From the NCBI GenBank assembly GCA_963705255.1, contig OY970061.1, forward strand, positions 1,856,001-1,920,000: DNA of 64,000 bases, in the 5' to 3' direction. The stretch comes from an uncultured Methanoregulaceae archaeon (GTDB taxonomy: Archaea > Halobacteriota > Methanomicrobia > Methanomicrobiales > Methanospirillaceae). The notes under the pieces were generated by a model that was not told the DNA's origin, ran no database searches, and saw only the letters and a program-made list of their open reading frames with translations. A program made the position numbers and the translations under genes. Positions 1 to 11,379 of this stretch are shown here, in pieces; the stretch's first letter is position 1; each line of letters starts with the position of its first letter.

Positions 1-557
1 TACTGGAGCTTGAAAAGGGCTGCTTGTTCGAGCGAGAGGCCGTAATTATCCAGAAGGCCCTGTATTTTTTCTAGAAGGATGCGCTTGCGGTCCTTTTTGA
101 TCTCAGCCGATGTGAGGATCAGTACGTCACGTAAATCCTCGTAGAGGCGTTCAAGCAGCTCATATTCGAAGTCGGAAAGCGCCGGTTCAAAAAGGAGGTA
201 CTCTTTCTGGTTGGTCTTCCTGTTATTGGCAATGATGACCAGCGAGCGCCCGCGTTCAATCCAGTACCGGTCCAGCTGATCGTAACCCTCAGGGACGACC
301 GCTTCGACCAGCGACCCGTGGAGGTCGAAATCATATTCCTCGATGATCGATTTTTCCTTTCCTTTGAGGAGGTGAAAGTAATGGCGGAAACTCGAATCGG
401 GTTTTTTTGGTACCGGCAAGGGAATCGGGGCTGCCTCATCCTTCCCGGAGTCCGTCTTTCCGGAGATGGTTCCCGGGGGTGTGGAATCCTGTACCGGAGC
501 CGGCTCATCCGTCTTCCGGGTCTTAAGGATCGATCGAAAAAATCCGGGTACCTGCAT
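1..557 (-). CDS. type II/IV secretion (pilus) system ATPase, N-terminal part (runs off window)
   Basis: Not in ORF track. Manual translation from ATG at 557: MQVPGFFRS...LDRYWIERGRSLVIIANNRKTNQKEYLLFEPALSDFEYELLERLYEDLRDVL..., typical N-terminus of archaeal FlaI/PilB-like ATPases. Confidence 0.75.
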   Translation of the reverse strand, partial: MQVPGFFRSILKTRKTDEPAPVQDSTPPGTISGKTDSGKDEAAPIPLPVPKKPDSSFRHYFHLLKGKEKSIIEEYDFDLHGSLVEAVVPEGYDQLDRYWIERGRSLVIIANNRKTNQKEYLLFEPALSDFEYELLERLYEDLRDVLILTSAEIKKDRKRILLEKIQGLLDNYGLSLEQAALFKLQ

Positions 558-770
558 ATATCAGCGCCCTCGCCCGATGGCGATTGGTTCTCTGTTTTAT
601 GATTCGGGGGATCAGCCTATTAAATTATGTGTGGTTTCGGAACGTTTCGGGGTTTCAGTCCGTTTTTCGCCGCCGTTCCGGTTTTTACCCCAAACAACAG
701 ATATATTTATCACTCACGTAATGAGAGTTTCTTTCGAGATTTGTCATATCCATCGCCAGTGAGGCTTCAG

Positions 771-1598
771 ATGCAGGAATCAACACACCAGAAAATGCCA
801 ACCGGGATCTCTTCGCTCGATCCCATTCTTGACGGGGGAGTCCCGCCGGGTTCGGTTATCCTTCTCCTCGGAGATCTCGGCGCCGGCAATTATGAATATG
901 TTTACAGCTCGATCGTCAATATTCTGCAACTCGCAAAAGAGGGGGCTCCCCGGGGAGCCGGAACTCCCCAGGAGATCCGGTATATCACCTTTACACGCCT
1001 TGAGGAAGATGTCAGGCAGGAGATTACCAGTTCGTTGCACATAGATGGGCTGGACTTTCTTCTGGACTCGGTCCATTTCGACGATCTTTCCGAGCTCTAT
1101 TTTGATAACAGCGTCGTGCCTGATGAGTGGTACAGCCACAGCGATATCATGACAAGGCTCCAGAAAAGGACGAGTCGTGAAAATATCCTTCTCCAGCTTT
1201 CCAAGGTAGTTAATGGCGTCAAACCCGGCAGCCTGATCGTACTGGACTCCATTACGGATGTGGCAACGCAGTCGACTATCCCCAATTACTGGACCAACCT
1301 CACCGGTTTCTTGCGGGGACTGCAGCGGGTTTCAAAACAGAGGGGGATAACAAGTTACCTGCTGCTCAGCCGGGGGATCATTGAATCCTCAAAAGAGATG
1401 GAACTGGCTGATATTGCGGACGCAGTCCTGCTCTTCCGATGGGAAGAGATCACCGGTGCACGGCGGCAGCGGGTGATGTATTTCGAGAAGTTCCGGGGCG
1501 TGATGCCTCACCTTGAAGAGAGGGACTTGGTAAAATTCGCGGTGCGTATATCGACAACCGGCGGCTTCGAGGTAAGTAATATCCGGGTGGTCATATGA
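771..1598 (+). CDS. KaiC/RAD55-family ATPase with degenerate Walker A
   Basis: PTGISSLDPILDGGVPPGSVILL, LIVLDS, ADAVL and EKFRG motifs. Walker A reads GDLGAGNY. Likely start ATG 771 (ORF track starts at 627). Confidence 0.85.
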   Translation: MQESTHQKMPTGISSLDPILDGGVPPGSVILLLGDLGAGNYEYVYSSIVNILQLAKEGAPRGAGTPQEIRYITFTRLEEDVRQEITSSLHIDGLDFLLDSVHFDDLSELYFDNSVVPDEWYSHSDIMTRLQKRTSRENILLQLSKVVNGVKPGSLIVLDSITDVATQSTIPNYWTNLTGFLRGLQRVSKQRGITSYLLLSRGIIESSKEMELADIADAVLLFRWEEITGARRQRVMYFEKFRGVMPHLEERDLVKFAVRISTTGGFEVSNIRVVI

Positions 1599-2293
1599 GC
1601 GGTGAACGGGTCAAAATGGGAATTGCCGGGCTTGATGACATGCTCGGAGGAGGGCTTATCCCTGGCAGCATCTGTGGTATCATCGGCACCTATGGCACAG
1701 GCAAGACCACGTTTTCCATCGAATTTGTCTGGGAGGGGTTGAAAAAAGGCGAGAACATCATCTACATAAGCCTCGAGGAGCGCGAAGAACGGATCATCGG
1801 CTATATGGAACAGAAGGGATGGGATGTCGTTCCGTACCTGAATAAATCCCTGTTCGTGATCAAACTTGACCCGACAGATTTCAACCTTGCAAACAACCGG
1901 ATAAAAAATGAGCTGCCGAAACTTATCGATGAGGTGAAAGCCAGCAGGGTTGTGATCGACCCCATCTCCCTTTTCGAGGATCTTTTTACCCTCGACTCCG
2001 AACGGCGCCAGGAGATGTTCCGCTTTGTCGAAGGCCTCAGGGACAAGAACTGCACGATAGTGATGACATCTGAGACCGACAAGAACAATGTGTTTTCAAG
2101 CCGGCATGCACTCATCGAGTTTCTTGTCGACACCGTGATACTCCTGCGCTATGTCCGGGCTTCCGATCTCACCGATGTCCATCTCGCCCTCGAAGTTGTA
2201 AAAATGAGGATGTCCGCCCACTCCCGCGAGATCAAGCCGTATGAGCTGATGCAGGACCAGGTGCTGGTCTATTCTGAAGCGAACGTCTTCTGA
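1595..2293 (+). CDS. KaiC/RAD55-family ATPase
   Basis: GIAGLDDMLGGGL, Walker A GTYGTGKT, SLEE, RVVIDP, VVKMR. ATGA overlap with the upstream gene. Confidence 0.9.
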   Translation: MSGERVKMGIAGLDDMLGGGLIPGSICGIIGTYGTGKTTFSIEFVWEGLKKGENIIYISLEEREERIIGYMEQKGWDVVPYLNKSLFVIKLDPTDFNLANNRIKNELPKLIDEVKASRVVIDPISLFEDLFTLDSERRQEMFRFVEGLRDKNCTIVMTSETDKNNVFSSRHALIEFLVDTVILLRYVRASDLTDVHLALEVVKMRMSAHSREIKPYELMQDQVLVYSEANVF

Positions 2294-2306
2294 TTTTTTC
2301 TTATTT

Positions 2307-2570
2307 TCAGACAGTTATCCCGAACATGTTCAGCAGGATGAGGATCAGGACTCCCGGCAACCCCCCGACCGCACAGATGATCACGGTTGCAAGAGTGTAC
2401 CCGAGATCGGGTTTTCCTATCCACTGCATGATATGAAAAAAATTGACAATGAACAGGCAGATCAGCCCCAGAACCGCGTTGATCGCAAGGACTGCAAGTT
2501 TTTTCACGAGGTACCAGGCGATGGCGATAACCGCTATGATAAGAACGATGGCAAGGAGAATATCGGTCAT
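2307..2570 (-). CDS. BofA-like (pro-sigmaK processing inhibitor family) small membrane protein
   Basis: Three hydrophobic segments; INAVLG...GGLPGV pattern. Confidence 0.7.
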   Translation of the reverse strand: MTDILLAIVLIIAVIAIAWYLVKKLAVLAINAVLGLICLFIVNFFHIMQWIGKPDLGYTLATVIICAVGGLPGVLILILLNMFGITV

Positions 2571-2577
2571 TTGTTCC

Positions 2578-3864
2578 CTATTTACCAATAATATGCAGGT
2601 TATTTATTTTTATTGAGGGGAGGATGAGAGAGCCGACACTGCGCGACTCTTTGCTCAACCCTGATACGGAGCGGTGCATATCAAAGACATTTCCCGACAG
2701 CATGGCACTCCGGACCGGTTTCCGGAACTCCCCGCCCTCCATCCAGAACGCATTCGCGAGTTCAACCGAGAACTCCCCGCTCATCGGGTTTGCGGTATGA
2801 GCCCCTACGACGTTATGCACAAATACGACCCGTTCATCATCGATTGTGCTGCGTTTCCCGTCCACCACAAAGTTATGGTGTCCGATTGCCGGCAGCCCGC
2901 CAAACCCGTTCCGGACAGCATTCCCGGTGCTCTTCTTCCCGAACCGGGAACCCGTCTTTATATCGTAGGCAAAGGATTCGAGGATCCCGTTCCGGATAAA
3001 ATCTGTCCGCTTCGTGCGGGTGCCTTCCGCATCCCAGAGGACGCTCCCGTTTGCTCCGGGCAGGTGGGGATCATCGTACATGGAGATCCGGGTGTCGGCA
3101 ACCGGTTCACCAAGCGACTCTCCGAAGCGGGACCGCCCGGCATGGACATTGCGACCGCTCAGTGCAGGAACAAAAACGTTCCCGAGCAGCTCCGCATAGG
3201 CAAGCGGTGAGAGGAGGAGGTCGTAATCTCCGGTCGGGATATCTTCTCCCCCGGCAGACCCGCACGCGTAGAATGTCGCACGTTCGCCGACGTTTTCAGG
3301 GTAAATCCGGTCGATGGACCAGGCGTGATCGAATTCATATCCGGTTGACTGCCCGCTGATGGCCTCAAGTGAGACAGATACACCTGTATGACGGTCGGTA
3401 TAGCGGATTCCCCTGCTGTTCGCAAGAGTCACTTCCGCTGAAGAAAGTCCTGCAGAACCTGAAGTAATTTCTGCAGGATGTTTTTTTGCCCCTCCGATCA
3501 TGGTTTCCAGCAGGTCCCGGGCAATTTCGGGTTCAACCTTCATGGATGGATCAAAGGTGAGGGGACGCTGCGGGATCTTCTCGGCCTCAGGCAGCCCGTC
3601 CCACTTCTGCGGGGTTGCAAGTTTTCCGCTCGCAATTGCAGCGTCCAGGCATTTCCTCCACTGATCGGGGTTGTTGGTACTCGATGATCCAATCCGGCCT
3701 TCATGGATTGTGCGGATGCCAAGGCCACAGTCTCTGGAGGTTGTGGCAAGGTTAACCTTCTCTTTTTTCAGGTCGGCAGAAACCGTGGTGCCCGTGACAT
3801 AATAAACCTCAGCCTCGTCAACAGCCTTTTCTGCTTCCTGCAGGATCTGATCAATCCACGCCAC
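2578..3864 (-). CDS. pmbA: PmbA/TldE family protein
   Basis: AEVYY, LGIRTI..GRIG, DAEG, STGNA, NPMSGEFS motifs. Probable GTG start at 3864, overlapping the tldD stop. Confidence 0.85.
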   Translation of the reverse strand: MAWIDQILQEAEKAVDEAEVYYVTGTTVSADLKKEKVNLATTSRDCGLGIRTIHEGRIGSSSTNNPDQWRKCLDAAIASGKLATPQKWDGLPEAEKIPQRPLTFDPSMKVEPEIARDLLETMIGGAKKHPAEITSGSAGLSSAEVTLANSRGIRYTDRHTGVSVSLEAISGQSTGYEFDHAWSIDRIYPENVGERATFYACGSAGGEDIPTGDYDLLLSPLAYAELLGNVFVPALSGRNVHAGRSRFGESLGEPVADTRISMYDDPHLPGANGSVLWDAEGTRTKRTDFIRNGILESFAYDIKTGSRFGKKSTGNAVRNGFGGLPAIGHHNFVVDGKRSTIDDERVVFVHNVVGAHTANPMSGEFSVELANAFWMEGGEFRKPVRSAMLSGNVFDMHRSVSGLSKESRSVGSLILPSIKINNLHIIGK

Positions 3865-5181
3865 TGCCACCCACCACCGCATCAGCCAGGAGGATATGGG
3901 GAGCCCCGTCGCTGACCGGAACATTCTGTCCACCCTTCCCGCAATATCCCGGGCTCATGGCCCGGTCGTTCCCGCAGAGGATGATCCCATGGAGCGTCAT
4001 CAGTATCTCTCCGGAAAGCGATACGTCCCGCACCATCGCTGTGCATTCCCCGCCCCTGACCAGGTACCCGTATTCTGCATTGAACTGGAAGATCCCCCGC
4101 CCGGGATCGACCTGCCCACCGCGGGAACCCTTGAGGAAGATGCCGTCCTTGCATTCCGCGAATATCTCCTCGACCGTGGCGTCACCGGATTCGATGAAGG
4201 TATTGCTCATCCGCACAAGTGGCGGTTCTCCGGGCATCGCGCGTGCGTGGCCCGCAACACCGTCGCCAACTGCTGCCAGCGACTCCCGGTTATGGAGGAA
4301 TGCGTTGATCACCCCTTTCCTGATGATCTCGGTCCGGGACACGGCAACCCCTTCCGCATCCACCGGATCAAACCCGAATTCATGAAGGCCCGGATCGTCG
4401 ACGATGGTGAGATTCCCGTCCCCGATCCGTTCCCCGTTCCTTCCTTTCAGGACCGAGTTTCCTTCGTGTATCAGGTCTCCCTCGCTCGCATGGCCGACGG
4501 CTTCATGAGCGAACACTCCCGCAAGTTCCGGGTCAAGGACTGCGCGCATCTTTCCGCCTTTTGCCGCGCCTGCGTCCAGCAGTGCAACGGCAATGTCAGC
4601 AGCTTTTTTGCCGGTATCCTGCTGGTGCCGGAGATTCAGACCGTGGATGGAGTGCTCGCGCTCGTACCCCATCTGCACATTCCCGTTCCGCGATGCGACC
4701 GCGAGTACGTTGAACCCGGACCTGCTCATCTCATATCCGTATTCATTTCCCGAACTGTCGGAGAACCGGACCTGCTCGGTACGTTCGATATAGTTTGCCC
4801 GGCGGTTTACCACGGACGGGTGCACGGCACTTCTCTCAATTCCTGCCAGGAGTGCCGATTTCTCTTCGATGGTCACGTCACGGGGGTCTTCCTTCAGCGG
4901 GGGAACGGCAAGAACACCCCGGGTGCATCCCCGAGCACGACATTCTCCCGGGTAATACCGGCCAGCCTTGCTGCACTCCCGAGAAGTTCATCAAATCTTG
5001 TACCGGAACAGGGCGTATAATTGTCAATCTGGAGAACTCCCCAGCCAGTCCCGGTAAGCACCCTCAGTACGGCCTTGTTGAAAAAAGAGGTCCCGGCAGA
5101 TTCTACAACACCGTTATCGATATCGATGTGGGTGATCTCGCCGGTCACATGCCGCAGGTCGTAATAGGAGATGCCGCCCAT
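3851..5181 (-). CDS. tldD: TldD metalloprotease (frameshift near 4917-4923)
   Basis: HEAVGHASEGD, RMSNTF and CGKGGQ motifs. ORFs 4894-5181 and 3851-4876 join on adding one C in CCC/GGGG. Confidence 0.85.
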
Positions 5182-5186
5182 CGTAT

Positions 5187-7247
5187 TCAGGCCGTTGTCT
5201 GGGTGATCCCCGGCGCATCTGCGATCATTGCTGTTGACCGGATCGCCATCTTCCTGAGTTTGGAGAGGAACCCGTCGGAATTTTCCGGGACCAGTGCGAT
5301 CTTGAGGACGTCATCGATATTGTCGACCGGTATGATCGTGACCAGGGATTTGAACCGCTCTTCGATAAGCACGTCCCCGACATTCATGCGGGGGATGAGG
5401 ACGGTCTTTATCCCCGCCTTTGCCGCAGCCTCGATTTTGTATGTCACGCCACCCACCGGCAGGACATCGCCGCGCACGGAGAGCGAACCGGTCATTGCGA
5501 CATCCTGACGGACAGGAATCCCTTCAATGGCGCTTACGACCGCAGTTGCGACACTGACGGATGCCGAATCACCTTCCACACCCATGTAGGTACCGATGAA
5601 CTGGATGTGGATATCGATGTTCTTCACATCCTTGCCGGTAAATTTTTTCAGGATCGCGCTCACATTCTTGATGGATTCCTGCGCGATCTCCTTGAGCAAC
5701 CCGGTCGCAATAACTTCCCCGCCTTCTTTTCCTATCGCAGGAGTCACCTCCGCCATGATCGGCAGGACCGAACCGGCATCGCTCCCGGTTACTGCAAGGC
5801 CATTCACGCGTCCGATACGGGTCCCCTCGACAACCGTCATTTCGTATTCCCGGAGATGCCGGGTGATCTCGTCCGATACCTGGTCTTCGATCGATCGGGC
5901 GGTCTTCTTCGCGGTGGTCACATGGGCTGCTGTGGTGATGGCAGCATTTTCCTGCCGGGCGATATCCCCGGCCACCCGGATCAGTCCGCCGATGTCACGG
6001 AGTTTCAGGGTAAGATGTCCCTTACGGTTCGAGCGCCTGCGGGATTCCCGTATGATCTCATCGATGGCACTCTGGTCGAAATGCGGGATCTTCCCGTCAT
6101 TTTTCACTTCCTGTGCAATAAACCGGACATACTTCTGGCGGTTTTCCGGGGTATCCTCCATGCTCTCGGCCATGTAGACCTCGTACCCGTACCCGCGGAT
6201 ACGGGACCTGAGTGCCGGGTGCATCCCCTGGATTGCGTCAAGGTTGCCTGCCGCGATCATCACGAACTTGCAGGGCACCGGTTCGGTCCGCACCATGGCA
6301 CCGCTCGACCGTTCGCTCTGGCCGGTTATCGGGAATTCACCTTCCTGGAGGGCCGTGAGGAGGTTCTGCTGGGAGTGGGGGTCGAGGGTATTGATCTCAT
6401 CGATAAACAGGACACCCCCGTTTGAACGGTGGATTGCACCGGGTTCGACCCGGTCGTGTGCCGGGGTCTCCAGACCTCCGCTCTGGAACGGGTCGTGGCG
6501 GACATCTCCGAGCAGGGCACCGGCGTGGGAACCGGTTCCGTCGATAAAGGGAGCAATGCTCTTGGTATCGTTCGAAACAAGGAGCTTCGGTACCATCGTC
6601 TCTTCCCGCGGGGTAGTATACCGCAGTGCCATGAAAACGAATGCGCCCGCTATCAGGCCCATCAGGAGCTGCATGGTGATGATCGCATACCCCGCGATAC
6701 CCAGGAGGAGCAGCATCAGGAGGGTCTGGCGGAACTGGATCTTCTTTTTTGCCTCGGCTTTATGGGCAGTAACGATCTGTTTTCCACGCCCTGCCGCCAC
6801 CGTCCTGACAACCGGGTTATTAGGGTCATCGGAATTGGGGTATACCAGGATATCCAGAAGGTCTTCCTTGGGCAGGAGCTCGGCCATCGCCTTGGCGAGC
6901 ATCGATTTGCCGGTCCCGGGACTGCCAATCATCATGACATGCCTGCGCTGGATTGCAGCCTTCTTGATGACTTCCACGGCATGTTCCTGGCCGATTACCT
7001 GGTCGATCAGTTTTGCAGGTACTTCGACCTGCGACGATGTCGCAGCAGCGCTTTCGGCGAGAACTGCTTCCGGGCCTGCACCTTCCGGGCTGGCCGGTTC
7101 CTGGCCGGCTCCTTGGTCGATAAGTTTGGCAGGTACTTCGACCTGCGATGATGTGCCGGCAGTGCTTTCAGTGACAGCTGCTTCCGGGTTTGCACCGTCG
7201 GCAGTGGCCGGTTCCTGCGGCGGAGATAGGTGTTCAGAATTTTCCAT
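5187..7247 (-). CDS. lonB: archaeal ATP-dependent protease LonB
   Basis: [19 protein letters not shown], two TM segments in the AAA domain, LFIDEI, EGDSAS and the catalytic Lys (VTYKIEAA). Confidence 0.95.
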   Translation of the reverse strand: MENSEHLSPPQEPATADGANPEAAVTESTAGTSSQVEVPAKLIDQGAGQEPASPEGAGPEAVLAESAAATSSQVEVPAKLIDQVIGQEHAVEVIKKAAIQRRHVMMIGSPGTGKSMLAKAMAELLPKEDLLDILVYPNSDDPNNPVVRTVAAGRGKQIVTAHKAEAKKKIQFRQTLLMLLLLGIAGYAIITMQLLMGLIAGAFVFMALRYTTPREETMVPKLLVSNDTKSIAPFIDGTGSHAGALLGDVRHDPFQSGGLETPAHDRVEPGAIHRSNGGVLFIDEINTLDPHSQQNLLTALQEGEFPITGQSERSSGAMVRTEPVPCKFVMIAAGNLDAIQGMHPALRSRIRGYGYEVYMAESMEDTPENRQKYVRFIAQEVKNDGKIPHFDQSAIDEIIRESRRRSNRKGHLTLKLRDIGGLIRVAGDIARQENAAITTAAHVTTAKKTARSIEDQVSDEITRHLREYEMTVVEGTRIGRVNGLAVTGSDAGSVLPIMAEVTPAIGKEGGEVIATGLLKEIAQESIKNVSAILKKFTGKDVKNIDIHIQFIGTYMGVEGDSASVSVATAVVSAIEGIPVRQDVAMTGSLSVRGDVLPVGGVTYKIEAAAKAGIKTVLIPRMNVGDVLIEERFKSLVTIIPVDNIDDVLKIALVPENSDGFLSKLRKMAIRSTAMIADAPGITQTTA
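6985..7217 (-). repeat. 114-nt (38-aa) tandem duplication in the lonB N-terminus
   Basis: AGGTACTTCGACCTGCGA occurs at 7017 and 7131; QEP...[14 protein letters not shown].xG occurs twice. Confidence 0.9.
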
Positions 7248-7448
7248 TGCGGTTTTGCCCTCTTTTTACCCTTGGAGTTTCATATAAATTGTCTCATGAT
7301 AGTTTAAGTACTTTCAGCTGATTGCACTCTTTCTGCCGCATTAAACCCTGCCAAGACATACATTCAATGCGAAAAAACTACAATACCTGTCATCCCATAC
7401 TATGTTGCTCAGGCAAACCGCACAAATCCCGGATTCAGGATCGATAGC

Positions 7449-8297
7449 ATGAAAGTAGTCTGTACAGAAAATTCCCAGGTTCTTGCCACCCACCTTGCGA
7501 AGATACTCAGGACTCCCGTTGTAGATGTCCAGTTCTCCCGTTTTCCTGATGGCGAGCAGTACCTCGTGGCAGGAGATCTGGATGACGAGACCATTATCGT
7601 CGGGAGTGTCATGGGCAACGACGCACTTGTCCAGCTGCTGCTGCTGGTGGATGCGTGTGACAATTCTGTAAACCGGCTCGTTCTCCCCTACATGGCCTAT
7701 GCACGTCAGGATAAGCGGTTCAGGCAGGGTGAACCGATCAGTGCCCGGGCCGTTGCACAGGCTCTCAGCCGGGGAGTATCGGATGTTATTACCGTCAATA
7801 TCCACGAGAAAGAGATCCTGAAGTACTTTTCCGTCCCGGCACAGAACATCTCCCTTGCCGGGGATATAGGTGCATATATCAGAACACTGCATCTGGACAA
7901 ACCTCTTATCCTTGCACCTGATGACGGGGCCCTCGCGTTTGCTGAACAGGTGGCTTCCGCCAACGGCTGGGACTTCGACCATCTCGAGAAGACCCGGCTC
8001 AGCGGGTCTGAGGTCAGGATGGCGCCCCGGCAGTTGTGTGCAGCTTCACGGTCCGTCGTCATTGTCGATGATATCATCTCCACCGGGGGGACCATCGCAA
8101 CGGCGACCGGGATGCTGTACCAGCAGGGTGCTAAGGACGTCTATGCCGCATGCGTCCACGGGGTCCTCACGGGCGGTGCGTATGTCAGGCTCATGGCAAC
8201 CGGCATCCGCGATGTGATCTGCAGCGATACGATAGAACGGGCGTGCAGCAAGATATCCGCTGCAGACCGGATAGCCAGTGCCATCAGAAGACCCTGA
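7449..8297 (+). CDS. prs: ribose-phosphate pyrophosphokinase
   Basis: FPDGE, YMAYARQD, APDDGA, VDDIISTGGT. Confidence 0.95.
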   Translation: MKVVCTENSQVLATHLAKILRTPVVDVQFSRFPDGEQYLVAGDLDDETIIVGSVMGNDALVQLLLLVDACDNSVNRLVLPYMAYARQDKRFRQGEPISARAVAQALSRGVSDVITVNIHEKEILKYFSVPAQNISLAGDIGAYIRTLHLDKPLILAPDDGALAFAEQVASANGWDFDHLEKTRLSGSEVRMAPRQLCAASRSVVIVDDIISTGGTIATATGMLYQQGAKDVYAACVHGVLTGGAYVRLMATGIRDVICSDTIERACSKISAADRIASAIRRP

Positions 8298-8345
8298 GGA
8301 GTGCACGCATGGCGATTCATTTTCTGCACTCCAAAGGCCCCTGAA

Positions 8346-8801
8346 ATGCGCTCCGTCCTCGATTCCAGCATCTTTTTTTCCGAATGCCCGGTGGCCGGTG
8401 AGATATTTACCACCCCTTCCGTGTGCGGCGAGCTGGTGGATATCCGGTCCCGGGGGAATTTTGAAAAACTGTGCGCAAACGGCTTACAGGTCATCTCCCC
8501 GGGAGGCCAGAGCAGGGAAACAGTACGGGCTGCAGCCATCACGTCCAGGGATGCCGGGGTGATCTCCGAAACCGACATCGATCTCCTCGCCCTCGCTCTT
8601 GAACTGGAAGCTGCCCTCTACACGGATGATTTCGCCATCCAGAACGTTGCCGCCGTTCTTGGTATCCGGACCATTCCCATCCACCAGCGGAAAGCGCGAC
8701 GCGTCCACTGGAAATATCGCTGCCGGGGCTGCGGCAGGTATTTTGATCATGATGGCGAATGCCCGGTCTGCGGTTCGGCAATCAAAAGAAAACTTAAATA
8801 G
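8346..8801 (+). CDS. nob1: Nob1-like PIN endonuclease with Zn ribbon
   Basis: [28 protein letters not shown]...CPVCG. Start taken at ATG 8346. Confidence 0.85.
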   Translation: MRSVLDSSIFFSECPVAGEIFTTPSVCGELVDIRSRGNFEKLCANGLQVISPGGQSRETVRAAAITSRDAGVISETDIDLLALALELEAALYTDDFAIQNVAAVLGIRTIPIHQRKARRVHWKYRCRGCGRYFDHDGECPVCGSAIKRKLK

Positions 8802-8821
8802 ATACCGGCGAATCTTTTTTC

Positions 8822-9430
8822 ATGTCTTCCCTTGACGATCTGATTGGCAGGGCAAAGATGCTCCTTGCAGAAGGGCACAGCCCGGGTCAGATTGCAGACG
8901 AGCTCTCCCTTTCGATGGAAACGGTAACATGGCTTCTGACCCAGGCCAAAGGAACGAGCGCCCCGAAAGATGTCCATATCGACTGGACTGCAGTCTCGAG
9001 CCATGCTCCTCTTCTCGAAGAAACGGCACAGATGCTCCTGAACCGGTACTATCTGGCCCAGAGCGGGGATACGGTCGGGTCGCCCGCTGCGGATGTCATC
9101 GTTGGCATCGCCCTATCGGGAATCCCGCTGGCAACGCTCATTGCCGTGCAGGAGGCGGCAAAACTCTCCATCTATCACCCGGCCAAACAGAACCAGAGCA
9201 AACAGCCGACAGGATCCATCAGCGGGAATTTTTCCACCGTCACCGACCAGCGCTGCATCATTGTCGATGACACCATAACCTCCGGGAACACGATGCTGGA
9301 AGTGGTGAAATATCTGAAGAAGCACAAGGCCATTCCCATCGCGATCTGGGTGATATTCGATAAGCGCGGCATCACGGATGTTGATGGTGTACCGGTCTAT
9401 TCACTCTTCAAAATCTCCCGTATTGACTGA
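8822..9430 (+). CDS. orotate phosphoribosyltransferase-like protein with N-terminal HTH (GfcR-like)
   Basis: [36 protein letters not shown] motif. Confidence 0.85.
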   Translation: MSSLDDLIGRAKMLLAEGHSPGQIADELSLSMETVTWLLTQAKGTSAPKDVHIDWTAVSSHAPLLEETAQMLLNRYYLAQSGDTVGSPAADVIVGIALSGIPLATLIAVQEAAKLSIYHPAKQNQSKQPTGSISGNFSTVTDQRCIIVDDTITSGNTMLEVVKYLKKHKAIPIAIWVIFDKRGITDVDGVPVYSLFKISRID

Positions 9431-9511
9431 TCCATCCTTTTTTCCTGAACGCACACAGTATAATTTATATAGAAGTTCAATTCCACCTTTTACAACATCG
9501 GAGGATCCATT

Positions 9512-11113
9512 ATGCTATCTGGACAGCCAATTATCATCTTAAAGGAAAATGTAGAGCGTAATTACGGGAAGGAAGCCCAGCGCTCGAATATTGCGGCAGC
9601 AAAGGCGATTGCCGGTGCTGTCAGGTCAACGCTCGGTCCGCGGGGAATGGACAAGATGCTCGTCGGCTCCACCGGCGATATCGTCATCACCAATGACGGC
9701 GCGACCATTCTCGGCGAGATAGCCGTTCAGCACCCTGGCGCAAAGATGGTGATCGAAGTCGCGCGGACCCAGGACGACGAGGTCGGCGACGGTACCACAA
9801 CGGCAGTCATTCTTGTCGGCGCCCTGATGGAGCAGGCTGAAACCATGCTCGAACAGGGTATTCACCCGACAGTCATCGCTCAGGGCTACCGCATGGGCAT
9901 GGAAAAGGCGCTCGAGATTGCGAGCAGCCTCTCACTCAAGGTAGACCCGGCGGACCGGAAGACCCTGATCAAGATCGTCGATACCGCTATCACCGGCAAG
10001 TCGATCGAGTCGGTCAAGACCAAGCTGGACGGCATCATCGTCGATGCGGTCATGGCCGTTGCCGAGAAGGTCAACGGGAAGACCAGCGTTGACGAGGAAG
10101 ACGTCATGATCAAGAAACAGAAGGGACAGTCGATGAACGATGCGGAGCTGATCCGGGGCGTCGTCATTGACAAGACCCGTGTCCAGGAGGGCATGCCCAA
10201 GAAGATCTCCAAGGCAAAGGTCGCCCTTGTCGCCACCCCCCTCGAAATCACCAAGACCCAGGTGAAGGCCAAGATCAAGATCTCCACTGCCGAACAGATC
10301 ACGGCATTCAGCGAGCAGGAACGCGATGCACTGAAAAAGCTCGCAGATTCGATCATCGACAGCGGCGCAAACGTCCTTCTCTGCCAGAAAGGCATCTCGG
10401 ACGCAGCCCAGTTCTACCTTGCAAAGAGCGGGATCCTTGCGATCGAGGATGTGCCCGAGAAAGACATGAAATATGCTGCACGGGCTCTCCATGCAAACAT
10501 CGTCAATAAGCCCGAGTCCCTGACCGGAAAGGACCTTGGCATCGCAGACCTCGTAGAGGAGGACACCGAGGGCAAGGTCACCCGGATCTCGGGGTGCAAG
10601 AACCCCAGGACCATCACCATCCTGCTCCGGGGCACGAGCGACTACCTGCTCGACGAGCTCGAGCGTGCGGTCGTTGACGGGACCCGCGTCGTGATGGACG
10701 CAATGGAAGACGGGACGTATGTTGTTGGCGGCGGGGCAGTCGAAACCGAACTTTTCATGAAGATCCGGGACTACGCCCAGACGGTCGGCGGCCGTGTCCA
10801 GCTCGCGCTCGAAGCCTATGCGACAGCATTCGAGTCCATCCCGCTGACGCTTGCCGAAAATTCCGGTTTCAACCCGATCGACAAGCTGGTCGAACTCAAG
10901 AACGTCCATTCAAAGGGTAAGAAGAACGCAGGGCTCAATGTCTACGAAGGCAAAGTCGTCGACATGCTGGCAGAAGGCGTTATCGAACCCCTGAGGTCAA
11001 AACGCCAGTCCATCCAGAGTGCTTCCGAAACGGCGATCATGCTCATCCGCGTTGATGACATGATGATCACCCAGCAGGGTGGCAAGGGCGGTGCCGCTGC
11101 CCACGGAATGTAA
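9512..11113 (+). CDS. ths: thermosome (group II chaperonin) subunit
   Basis: [31 protein letters not shown]. Confidence 0.97.
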   Translation: MLSGQPIIILKENVERNYGKEAQRSNIAAAKAIAGAVRSTLGPRGMDKMLVGSTGDIVITNDGATILGEIAVQHPGAKMVIEVARTQDDEVGDGTTTAVILVGALMEQAETMLEQGIHPTVIAQGYRMGMEKALEIASSLSLKVDPADRKTLIKIVDTAITGKSIESVKTKLDGIIVDAVMAVAEKVNGKTSVDEEDVMIKKQKGQSMNDAELIRGVVIDKTRVQEGMPKKISKAKVALVATPLEITKTQVKAKIKISTAEQITAFSEQERDALKKLADSIIDSGANVLLCQKGISDAAQFYLAKSGILAIEDVPEKDMKYAARALHANIVNKPESLTGKDLGIADLVEEDTEGKVTRISGCKNPRTITILLRGTSDYLLDELERAVVDGTRVVMDAMEDGTYVVGGGAVETELFMKIRDYAQTVGGRVQLALEAYATAFESIPLTLAENSGFNPIDKLVELKNVHSKGKKNAGLNVYEGKVVDMLAEGVIEPLRSKRQSIQSASETAIMLIRVDDMMITQQGGKGGAAAHGM

Positions 11114-11294
11114 ACCTCCTGAAAGACAAAAAAATTCAGAAGCCGGGCAAAACCGGCCTCCTCTTTTTTGGCGTGCCCACGCGTACGAAACGAAAAGTGG
11201 TCTGGGGTTTTCGGGTTCGTCAGTACTCCTGAATGGTACGGGCAAACGCAGATAACTATTAGAACAATCGATGAAAAAAATAAGAGAACCGGGT

Positions 11295-11379
11295 GCCGAG
11301 GTAGTCTAGCCCGGGAAGGCGGTAGCCTCGAAAGCTACTGGCGCTCCGCGCCTCGGGAGTTCAAATCTCCCCCTCGGCG
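11295..11379 (+). tRNA. tRNA-Ser(CGA)
   Basis: GCCGAGG/CCTCGGC acceptor stem, GTAGC-CTCGAAA-GCTAC anticodon arm, long variable arm, GTTCAAATC T-loop, G discriminator. Confidence 0.95.

Noticed and set aside
119-508. ORF-track 129-aa protein
   Set aside because: Wrong frame; the real gene is the overlapping minus-strand secretion ATPase starting at 557.
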